Both the position numbers and the translations under genes were made by a program. DNA of 64,000 nucleotides from Octopus sinensis. Taxonomy: Eukaryota. The notes below the pieces were generated by a model, which ran no database searches, was not told the origin of the DNA, and saw nothing but the letters and a program-made list of their open reading frames with translations. The stretch covers positions 29,821,360-29,885,359 of the forward strand of contig NC_043019.1 of assembly GCF_006345805.1 (NCBI RefSeq), given 5' to 3'. Below, piece by piece: positions 1 to 11,398 of the stretch; the first letter of the stretch is position 1; each line of letters starts with the position of its first letter.

Positions 1-1044
1 ATACTATAAATTAAGTTTACCCTCAAATTTAATACGAACAGAATGAATCAAGTTTCGCATAAATCTGTAAACTGGTTTTCAAGATATTGGAGATTTCAGG
101 GTATAAATATCCAAAACAGTGCACAATGAGAAAATGTTCCAAAAATAATTTTTATCCTGAAAGGAAAGAAACTCTTATCTTTCTATTAGCCTTGACAACG
201 AAAACATACGATTTGTTGGGGGTTTTTTACAGTAAATGTTTCTATTTTCGCTTTTGTTAAACACAATATTTTAATCATTTAGAAATATTTTTAAGTGAAT
301 GTGATTTCAAAAATATAAGCTGTTTGTACTGTAAGTATTTATATTTTAGCTTTCCTTAAACAGACAATATTTTTATGTTTTTTTATTATTATTTTCAAGT
401 GAATACCATTATAAACATTTTTTTTGGCATATTTAAAAAATATTTTAAAGTGAAAATGACTTTAAAAAATATGGTAAATATTTCAAAAAAGACCCATTCA
501 TAACCTCAGTTTTTTTTTGAGTGCATTCAATGTCTCTCACCTCCAAAGATTTGGCTGCTATTTCTAGCACGCTCTGCTACCATGTAACAGCCATTTGCTA
601 TAAAGAACCCAAAATACCTGTTACGTGGTAGCAGGGCATGCAAGAAATAGCAGCTAAATCTTTCCTTTTCCGGGGAAAGGAGCCATTTACACGTGATTTC
701 AAAGTCACATTCATTGAAAGCATGCAAAATAACCTGGGAAAAAAACCCCCATGAAACAAAATTCCGTTGCTGGGAAACTCAGAGTTTCCCAACGAGTCAC
801 AGGTAGTCTAGTGTGTATGTATATATATAGATATATATACACAAATGGGATGACTTCTTTCATTGTCTACCTACCAAATTAACTTGCAAGGCTCTGGTTG
901 CCCCAAAGCTTCAGTAGAAGACACTTGCCCATTGCCTCACGGTGAGACTGAAACTGAAGCCATAGGTTGGGAAGCAAACTTCGTAACACATAGTCACATC
1001 CACACATATATATGTATATAAGTGTGTGTGTGTGTGTATATATT

Positions 1045-1083
<39 letters not shown>

Positions 1084-4000
1084 GGTGGCCCAAAAAAAGG
1101 TTTACAGTTATTCAACTATCTCTTTCATATTCATATATTAACAGCTTAGATTTTAATTATAAAAAATATGAAACCCTTATTCTATGCTAATTTAGTTAAT
1201 TTTGTCAAGCTCCCTTTTCTGTGTGTAAGATAGAAATTTGAATGTAATAAAATATTTTAAAACAAATTTAAAGTGCCTATGTGATAACTGTAAACCTACT
1301 TTTGGGCTACCCCGTATATCCACACACACACACATATATGTATATACATGTATATTTATATATGTATATATATGTCTCTGTGTGTGTGCTACCCTTGCCA
1401 TACCATGACATGTTACTTGTAGGTGAGCATCACCTTCATACAAGTGATGTTGTTCATTTCCAGTCTTCCGTGTAAAACATGTCAGACCTATGGGAAATAT
1501 TTCCGTACCTAGAAACAGGTGAAGGTTTGTAACCGGAAAGCCATCCAACCATAGAAAAGTCTGCTTGGACAAATTCCATCCAATCCATGCTAGCATGGAA
1601 AAGTGGACATTAAATGATGGTTATATACACATATAGGCATAGAAGTGGCTGTGTGGTAAGTAGCTTGCTTACCAACCACATGTTTCTGGGTTCAGTCCCA
1701 CTGCGTGACACATTGAGCAAGTGTTTTCTACTATAGCCTCGGGCTGACCAAAGCCTTGTGAGTGGATTTGGTAGACGGAAACTGAAAGAAGCCTGTCGTA
1801 TATATGTATAAAAATATATATATGTTATATGTGTCTGTGTTTGTCCCCCCAACATCGCTTGACAACCGATGCTGGTGTGTTTACATCCCCGTAACTTAGC
1901 GGTTCAGCAAAAGAGACTGATAGAATAAGCACTGGGCTTACAAAGAATAAATCCTGGGGTCAATGTGCTCGACTAAAGGCGGTGCTCCAGCATGACCATA
2001 GTCAAATGACTGAAACAAGTAAAAGAGTAACAACAGTAGCCCTTCCTTTACCCGATTCTCATTGACATGGAAGTTTAGCAGCCCCTGTTCCCACTCCTAC
2101 TATGCATTAGTCAACGTAAGGAGGAAAAAAAAAGATAAAGATGTACAGTCAAACACCTCAGCTGTAGCAGGGTTGTGGGGGGTGATATAGACCCCGCTTC
2201 CACCTCTCACATAATACATGCACACATACAGACACATCACCTTCAGTCACTAGCTAGACCAAGCTTGTTACTTGTCTATACTGGTACAGCTCTAGGGATT
2301 AACCTGTCAGCTAGATGATAATACTACCTTCTGGCTCTTTTAAATTATAATTAACTTGCACTTGGTTTTTTTAAAACAGTCCACCTAGCAGAATAGATAG
2401 AAAACTGAACTGAATAAATATATTTGGTAAAAATGTTGAAATATTTATCCAATATTTTGAGAGAAATTAAGGCAGTAAGCTGGCAGAATTTTTAGCATGC
2501 TGGGCAAAATGCTTAGAGGAATTTCATCTTTACATTCGTCATCATCACCATCGTTTAACGTCCGTTTTCCATGCTAGCATGGGTTGGACGGTTCGACCGG
2601 GGTCTGGGAAGCCAGGAGGCTGCACCAGGCTCCAGTCTGATCTGGCAGTGTTTCTACAGCTGGATGCCCTTCCTAACGCCAACCACTCCATGAGTGTAGT
2701 GGGTGCTTTTTACGTGCCATCGGGCCAGAGGATGCTGGCTAATGGCCATGATCGATCGGTACTTTTACGTGTCATCGACACAGACGCCAGTCAGGCGGTG
2801 CTGGCATCTGCCACGTTCTGAGTTCAAATTCCATGAAGGTCAACTTTGCCATTCATCCTTCTGAGGTTGATAAAATAAGTAACAGTTGAGCACTGGGGTT
2901 GATGTAATCAATTTATTTAGGTATTTAACATTCATTGTACAAGACAGAATTTATAAATTCCGTCTGACCCATGCAAGCAAGGTAAAATATATGTTAAATA
3001 CCTACATACACTAATGGATATCTCTTGATCTGAGAACGACAATTCTGAATTTCTTGCTAAATAACTTGCACAGGTGAATTGTTTGTAGTGATCATAAGCC
3101 TACTCTCTCCATCAAATTGATATTACCTGTGCAGGTGCATTTCAGGTGTCAAACTGATTGTAGAGCCATATGAAGTGTTTTGCTTTAGAGCAAAATGCCC
3201 AGTCCAGAAATTGAACCCATGATCTTAGGATTATGTATGCATCAGCCTAACCATTAGGCCACATGGCTCACAACATACATACACTCATATACCCACGCAA
3301 ACATACACACATGCACTCACATTTAAGTAAATATAGACATACGCAAACGGCACCTGTGCTGTGGCATGTAAAAGCACCCATTACACTCGCAGAGTGGTTG
3401 GTATTAGGAAGGGCATCCAGCCATAGAAAACCATGCCAAATCAGACTGGAGTCTGGTGCAGCCTATCCAGCTTACCAGCCCTGGTCAAACCATCCAACCC
3501 ATGCCAGCATGGACAATGGAAGTTAAATGATAATGATGATGATGATGATGGTGGTGGTGATGATGATGATGATGCATCAGACTTCTACACTGTTTCTGCC
3601 TAACAAGTTCCACTTTCAAAGTACATTTGCTAAAGGTGCTGTGCAGTGGGACCAAAGCCAGAAGTACATCTCTTACTGCTTTTCAATAAATATACATTTA
3701 AAGAGCAAGCGACAAAGAGAGAGACAGAGACAGAGAAGACAGAGTGAGAGAGAGAGAGAGATGCATATTTGCAATTGTCTATACTTACAATCCAAAGTAA
3801 TGTTCTTGAATATTTCTATATTGCTTTCCCCAAATCCATTTCTATGGGAACCATTTGTATCCATGTCTATGTGTCTATGTCTTCATGGCATTGAACGATT
3901 GGCTTATTATTTACCAACTAATTGATTGCACCCATTAACCTAGACTGTTACAACATATCTCCAAATGGACTCTTTGTTTTCTAGATTTCCTCTTTTCATT

Positions 4001-4423
4001 GGGTGATTCCGCTCCTCTCTTACCTTACACCTTAAAATTCATCTCATTTTTCTTTATTGTGCTTTTTCCTCATTTTGTTTTCTGTCTGATTACTATTTTG
4101 GCCAGTTTTTTGGGGGTTGAAAAGGATATTTCATACCTTTCTTTTTCTTATTCTGTTTTTCTTATTACAGTTTCTTTTAGTTTTTTGTTTTGTCCTTTTA
4201 AAAAAAAATTGTCCTCGTCTTAGTCTTTTTCTCATATTAAATATTTCCCCATGACTGTATGGTTAATAAGCTTGCTTTGCGACCATGTAGCTTCAGGTTC
4301 AGTCCCACCATATGACATCTTGGAGCAAGTATCTTCTCCTATAACTCTGAGCTGACCAATGCCTTGTGAATGAATTTAATAGATGGAAACTGTGTAGAAG
4401 ACTGTCATATATATATATGATGA

Positions 4424-4465
<42 letters not shown>

Positions 4466-5557
4466 ATGTATATATATATATACTCTTTTACTTGTTTCAG
4501 TCATGCTGGAGCACTGCCTTTAGTCGAGCAAATCGACCCCAGGACTTGTTCTTTGTAAGCCTAGTACTTATTCTATCGGTTTCTTTTGCCGAACCACTAA
4601 GTTACTGGGACGTAAACACACCAGTATCGGTTGTTAAGTGATGTTGGACACACACACACACACATACACATATATATGATGGGCTTCTTTCAGTTTCCAT
4701 CGACCAAATCCACTCACAAAGCTTTGGTCGGCCCGAGGCTATAGTAGAAGACACTTGCCCGAGGTGCCACGCAGTGGGACTGAACCCGGAACCATGTGGT
4801 TGGTAAGCAAGCTGCTTACCACACAGCCACTCCTGCGCCTATGCGCATATATATATATATATATGTATGTATGTACATATACACACACACGTGTGTGTGT
4901 GTTTGTCTTGCATCATCATCATCATTGTTAAACATCCATTTTCCATGTTGGCATGGGTTGGATGGTTTGACAGGAACTACCCCAGGTTCCATACTCTGTT
5001 TTGGCCTGGTTTCTACAGTTGGATGCCCTTCCTAATGCCAACCACTTTGCAGAATGTGCTGGGTGCTTTTTACATGGCACCAGCACCAGTGCTTTTAATG
5101 TGGGACCGTCACCTGTGCTCTTTACATGGCACCATCACCAGTGCTTTTTATGTGACACTATCACCACTCCTCTTTGTGTGCCACCAGTGCTCTTTACGTG
5201 GAACCAGTGCTTTTTACGTGGCACCGACGCCAGTGCTTTTTATGTGGCACCAGCACCATTGCTCTTTATGTGGCACCAGCAGACAATCAATGTTGATTTG
5301 TTCTTGTCCCTGTAACTTAATGATTCATCAGAAGAGAATGGTCAAATAAATTCTCAGCTTGAAAAAAATGAGTACTGAGGCCGAATTGTTTGATTAACCT
5401 TTCAAGAGAGTGCTCCATTATGGCCACAGCCAAATGACTGACACAAATAAAAGATAAATGTTACATTTTTTAAAGTTTTTATTATTAAAATTATTTTTCT
5501 CTTTACTGTGTTTCTTTTTCTCATTTTTTTTTGTTTCTTCTATTTTCTTCTTTCTAG

Positions 5558-5720
5558 AGTGATTAAAACTTTTGAAAATCTTGTGGAGGAGAGCGTATCT
5601 AAAAAATCTGATGGGCAAACATTACAGAATAAAGAAAACATAACAGAGGAAAGTACAACAAATGTAACAGAGGAAAGCACAACAAATGCAACGGAGGAGA
5701 AAACAATGCAAAATGATACG
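5558..5720 (+). CDS. DNAJC21: DNAJC21 penultimate exon (acidic/Thr-rich linker)
   Basis: A long pyrimidine tract ends in tttctag, followed by the open frame VIKTFENLVEESVSKK...TMQNDT and a gtatgt donor. Phase 2 in and phase 0 out fit the last exon. The assignment rests on splice signals and position, not on recognised homology. Confidence 0.72.
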
Positions 5721-8700
5721 GTATGTGGCGGAAATATTCTTGGTCCTTATCTTGTACTCTTTTACTTGTTTCAGTCATTTGACTGTGGCCATGCTGGAGC
5801 ACCGCCTTTAGTCGAGCAAATCGACCCCAGGGCTTATTCTTTGGAAGCCTAGTACTTATTCTATCGGTCTCTTTTGCCGAACTGCTAAGTTATGGGGATG
5901 TAAACACACCAGCATCTGTTGTCAAGCAATGTTGGGGGTACAAACACAGACACACAAACATATACACACACATACATATATATATATATGTACATATATA
6001 CGATGGGCTTCTTTCAGTTTCCATCGACCAAATCCACTCTCAAAGCTTTGGTCGGCCCGAGGCTATAGTAGAAGACACTAGCCCAAGGTGCCACGCAGTG
6101 GGAATGAACCCAGAACCATGTGGTTGATAAGCAAGCTACTTACTACACAGCCATTCCTGCTTGTGTATATATTTTGTATTTTTTTTATCACTGTTGTTGT
6201 TGCTGTAGTTTAATCTCAGGTCAGCCCTAATTCAGTAGTCATATAAACAAGAGTTCCAACCATGACTCACTCATCAATATGTCCTCTCCGTATGAAACCT
6301 TTGAGCATTTAAACTGGCCATATCTGCCACAAGTACTTTACCTGTTAGTGTTCAAAGTGGCCAGATCTGGCCTCTCACATGCACCTTACAATGTTATTCT
6401 AAAAACAAACAATCACATCATTAGAATCTTGAAGCTGTGAGATAATGTTTGGTTAATTCAAAACAATGTCAATAAATAAGCTTTACATTTAAAAGGGTAA
6501 TCTGCATGTGAAAGGGTCAAGACATAACAATATTGTGAGCATGATTGGTGGGAGATTTGACTGCTATATCTAGCAGACTGAGTAATCATGCAGAGTTTCA
6601 CTCATAGTTGTTTAACCTCAGGTGTAATTGAGCAGACTTATGATCTAAGACATTCCTGCCATGATCATCTCATCTTTCTTTAAGGCATAACATAAGATAG
6701 TAGTTAATTAATGACTATTTCTATCTCCTCATATTTAATTAATTGATTTAGCTGTTGCCAGACTTAATTAATAGATAAATGAAATGTTTTGTAAGTAGTG
6801 TTACTCTATATGTTAGTATACAGGCTGGAATTTGAATCTTAAAAAAAGTCACCTCAAAATCAGGGGTCATCTTAAACACCATATATAAACTCCGGACATT
6901 GACATGTTATGGTTTAGGGTGTTACCAGTGTGTCACAACCCAAACATAGCTCTACTGATAGTCGAGTAGCTGTGTGGTAAGTAGCTTGTTTACCAACCAC
7001 ATGGTTCCGGGTTCAGTTCCACTGCGTGGCACCTTGGGCAAGTGTCTTCTACTATAGCCTCGGGCCGACCAAAGCCCTGTGAGTGGATTTGGTAGACGGA
7101 AACTGAAAGAAGCCCATCGTATATATGTATATATATATGAGTGTATGTGTGTCTGTGTTTGTCCCCCTAGCATTGCTTGACAACCGATGCTGGTGTGTTT
7201 ATGTCCCCGTTACTTAGCGGTTCGGCAAAAGAGACCGATAGAATTAGTACTGGGCTTACAAAAGAATAAGTCCCGGGATCGAATTGCTCGATTAAAGGCG
7301 GTGCTCCAGCATGGCCGCAGTCAAATGACTGAAACAAGTAAAAGAGTAAAAAAAGAGTAAAAGAGTAATATAGAGTTTACAAACTAAATAAAAAATATGC
7401 AGTGTACTTTCATCATTATCATCATCATCATCATTTAATATCCATCTTCTATGCTGGTATGGATTGGACGATTTGACAAGAGCTGGTCAGGCAGAAGGTT
7501 GCACTAGGCTTCTGTGTCTGTTTTGGCATGGTTTTTATGGCTGGATGCCCTTTGTAACACCCCCAGAGTGGCTGAATTTTTTTTACATGGCACAAGCACA
7601 GATGGTGTCACTTTATCAACATATTTTAAAACATGTTTCCAGCAAAAGCACTTGGCAATAAGGATGATGTTCCAAATGTCACAGAGGCTTTGGGACTCCA
7701 CCTCAGGCACCTCCCAACCACTGCATCCAGGGAAAATACTGCCAAGTAGTCTGATGATGATGATAGTCTTATACAGCAAATATAATTCAAAGCTTATATC
7801 TTAAAAGGAAATTCTGGTATCATCTTATACACCTAATTGGCTTATACACTAGCATCATCATTATCATCATCATCATTTAATGTCCATTTTCCATATTGGA
7901 TGGTTTTTAACAGGAGCTTGCAAGCTCGAGAGCTGCATCAGGCTCTAATTTTCTGTTTTGGCATGGTGTCTATGGCCAACCACTTTACAGAATGTATTGG
8001 GTGCTTTTTATGTGGCACTAGCATACGTGCTTTTTTATGTGGGACCAGCACAGGTGCTTTTTGCATGGCACCAACATGGGTGTTTTTTTATGTGACACCA
8101 GCATGAGTACTTTTTACGTGGCACCAACATGGGTGCTTTTTATGTGGCACCCAGCATGAGTGCTTTTTACGTGGCACCAACATGGGTGTTTTTTATGTGT
8201 CACCAGCATGGGTACTTTTTACGTGGCACCAACATGGGTGTTTTTTATGTGGCACCCAGCATGAGTGCTTCTTACGTGGCACCAACATGGGTGCTTTTTA
8301 TGTGGCACCCAGCATGAGTGCTTTTTACGTGGCACCAACATGGGTGTTTTTTATGTGTCACCAGCATGAGTGCTTTTTACGTGGCACCAACATGGGTGCT
8401 TTTTATGTGGAACCCAGCATGGGTGCTTTTTACCCAGCCTATACAATAAATCAACTAAAATATATCTCTATCTTGTCACATTTAATTAATAGATTTACTT
8501 AAAAGAGCAACAAAATGCTATGTAATTTGCCACATGTCGACTAAGAAATCTCTCTCTATCTTGTTTTCTACAGGCATTGCATTTTTGTAATGTATGTGGT
8601 AAAGATTATCCTTCACGGAACAAACTATTCGATCATCTGAAGGAAACAGGACATCAAAGCAGGCTCACTAAGAATGCAGCCACCACAGTACAAGGAAAAT

Positions 8701-8735
8701 CATCAAAGAAAACCAAAAAGAAAGAGAAAAGATGA
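5558..8735 (+). CDS. DNAJC21: DNAJC21 (Jjj1-like J-domain co-chaperone), 3' part only: exons 5558-5720 and 8574-8735; upstream exons not found in the window
   Basis: The last exon translates to ALHFCNVCGKDYPSRNKLFDHLKETGHQSRL...KKKEKR*. This matches the DNAJC21 C-terminal C2H2 finger (C..C...FPSRNKLFDHLK.TGH) followed by a basic tail. The phase-0 junction ACG|gtatgt ... ttttctacag|GCA is consistent. Confidence 0.88.
8040..8430 (+). repeat. About 21-bp minisatellite (TTTTTAYGTGGCACC[CAGCATGAGTG/AACATGGGTG]) expanded from a SINE-associated motif; similar arrays at 5075-5285 and 47960-48190 (-)
   Basis: About 18 contiguous units with two alternating variants and no unique spacers. Confidence 0.85.
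8574..8735 (+). CDS. DNAJC21: DNAJC21 terminal exon with C2H2 zinc finger
   Basis: 54 codons ending in TGA at 8733-8735, followed by TAA and TGA; motif SRNKLFDHLKETGH. Confidence 0.92.
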   Translation, partial: ALHFCNVCGKDYPSRNKLFDHLKETGHQSRLTKNAATTVQGKSSKKTKKKEKR

Positions 8736-8785
8736 TAATGAAACACAAATATTTAATGATTTAAGCAAATTCTTTATTATTTTTC

Positions 8786-8791
8786 AATAAA
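8786..8791 (+). promoter_or_regulatory. Probable poly(A) signal of DNAJC21
   Basis: AATAAA about 50 nt after the stop codon, followed by a T/GT-rich stretch at about 8812-8830. Confidence 0.55.
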
Positions 8792-11343
8792 TTAATGAAG
8801 TATATTATCGCTTTGTTTTGTTTTGTTTTATAATGAAAATAAGCTCAGATGTTGACATTGTTTCTACTGCCTGTGGCAGAATAATGTACTATAAAATGGT
8901 TGGTAATAGGAAGAACGACCTGCCTTAAATACTTTGTCAAAAAGAAAACGTGACATATGCTAAATAATTTGAATTGCTGTTTTAGTCTTTTGATACGTGT
9001 ACCAGATGATGAAGGACCGTGACATGTGGTGTTCCTTGTTTGTAGTCTTCTGCAAAAACATGTCAAGCCGTGGAAAAATATTGCCTTCCTTGGAAATATG
9101 CAAGGGTTGGCAAATGCAAAGGCATCTGGTTATGGGAAATCTTTCCCAATGAATTGTTTGATCCATGCAAGCATGGTTAAATGGAAATTAAACTGGGTGT
9201 AGTCGTTGTCGCCATCATCATCATCTGCTTTCCAGCCATTCAAGAATTTGGAACTGGAGATCTCCATTTCCAGCGACTTTGAGGGCCACCTCCCAGTGGT
9301 GTCAGGTGTCAACGAAGAGCCCTTGACTACAAGACGACCAAAGTTTTTTTTTCTCCAAGGTCTTGGGTCTCCTGCCCCTAAGCCCTAGACCATCACCTAA
9401 TCACCCTTACCCATCTTGTTGCTTAACAACAACAACAACAACAACAATCTGCTTTCCATGTTGGCATGGGTTACACTGTTTGACCGAAACTGGTAAACTG
9501 GAGAACTGTACCAGGTTCCAATCTGGTTCCTACAGCTGGATGCCCTTCCTGACGCCAACAACTCCAAGAGTATAATGAGTGCTTTTTATATGCCACCAGC
9601 ACGGGTGCCAGTTACATGACACCAGCATTAACCATGACTATGATTTCATTTGGCTTGAGGGGTCTTCTCAAGCATGGCATATTGCCAAAGGCCTCAGTCA
9701 GGGTTGCCTCCATAAAACCCAACATTTGAAGGTTGCTTTTAATGTGCCTGCTGCATCGACCACAACAATGGTTTCGCTTGGCTTGACAGGTTTTTTTCAA
9801 GCACAGCATATCACCAAAGGTCTCAGTCACTTGTCATTGCCTCCTTGAGGCAATGGGTTTCACTTTTCACTTACAATGGAATTTTGTGAGACCGCTGTGC
9901 AATATTGTTGTGTCATTGTTTAATGTGGATGACATCTCTTGCAAAGGAAATCTTGAATTGTGAGAGAGTTATAACCTGACAGCCAGCAAGTCATGAAATA
10001 CTGTATAGTAGTGTTCTTTTTAATTTTTTTTGTTTATTAAATGACAATATTTATTAAAAAAAAAATAAAAACCTTGTACAATTTTGTGCTAAAACCCCTC
10101 TTACACCTCAAGACTATTTAATGCCAGTCTGGATTGACATCTTGCGCTTGAGATCTCACATTTTTTTTTATCATGTGATGAGTCATAATAATTCTAAAAA
10201 ATTGCCTGGGGGAGGAATTAACTTAAGCTGTTGTTACCTTTGTGGAAGAAGCAAATCAAAGTGCCCATTCTTTGTTTGTAGTATTGAGACTACTACTACT
10301 ACTACTACTACTACTACCAGCACCACTACTACCACCACCACTACTACTATCATCACTGTTACTAATAATCTTTTCTAACATAGAGGCACAGGGTCAAAAT
10401 TTTGTAGGAGGGAGCTAGATGATTATATTGACCCCAATGCTCAACTGGTACTTATTTTACTGACCCTGAAAGGATGAAAGGTGAAGTCAACCCCAGCAGA
10501 CTTTAGGCTCAAAATGTAAAGAGAAGGAAGAAATGCCACTATGCAATTTTTCCAACATGCCAGCAATTCTCCTAGCTCACTGCCTTATAATAATACTACT
10601 ATTGCTAATAGTAATTCTTGGTACAATGGACACAAGGCATGAAATTTTGAAGGAAAGGGGTTAATTGATTACACTAACCCCAGTGCTCAACTAGTATTTA
10701 TTTTATTGATCCCGAAAGAATGAAAGGCAAAGTCAACCTCAATGATATTTGATATCGAAACAAAAGCCAGAAGAAATGATGCTAAGCATTTTGTTCACCA
10801 TGGTAACAAGTCTGCTAGCTCACCACCTTATAATAAAAATAATAATAACAATAATCCTTTCTATTGGAGGCACAAGGCCTCAAATTTGTGGAGAGGGGAC
10901 TAGTTGATTACATCAACCCCAGTGTTTCACTGGTACTTAATTTATTGAGCCTGAGAGATGAAAGGCAAAGTCAAACCCAGCAGTATTTGAAACCAGAATG
11001 TAAAAATGCTGCTAAGCATTTTGCCTGGCATGCTAACAATTCTGCCAGCTCACCACCTTATAATAATAATAATAATCCTTTCTACTATAGGCACAAGGGC
11101 TGAAATTTGTGAGGAAGAGATTAAGTCAATTACACCGACCCCAGTGTGTAACTGGTACTTATTTAATCAACCCCGAAAGGATGAAAGGCAAAATCAACCT
11201 CGGCAGAATTTGAACTCTGCTTGTTTCCTACGAGCATAGTATGCTTGCATATGTATGCCCAGGGTTAACATAGGTAATTTATACTGGTAGTAAAATGGAT
11301 ATTCTCATCCCTTAGATGGTTATTCTAACCGCTAACTCTACTA

Positions 11344-11398
<55 letters not shown>

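Noticed and set aside
8040-8430. Regular short repeat array resembling a CRISPR
   Set aside because: Contiguous units with no unique spacers, no cas genes, a eukaryotic context, and the unit derives from a common SINE-associated motif.
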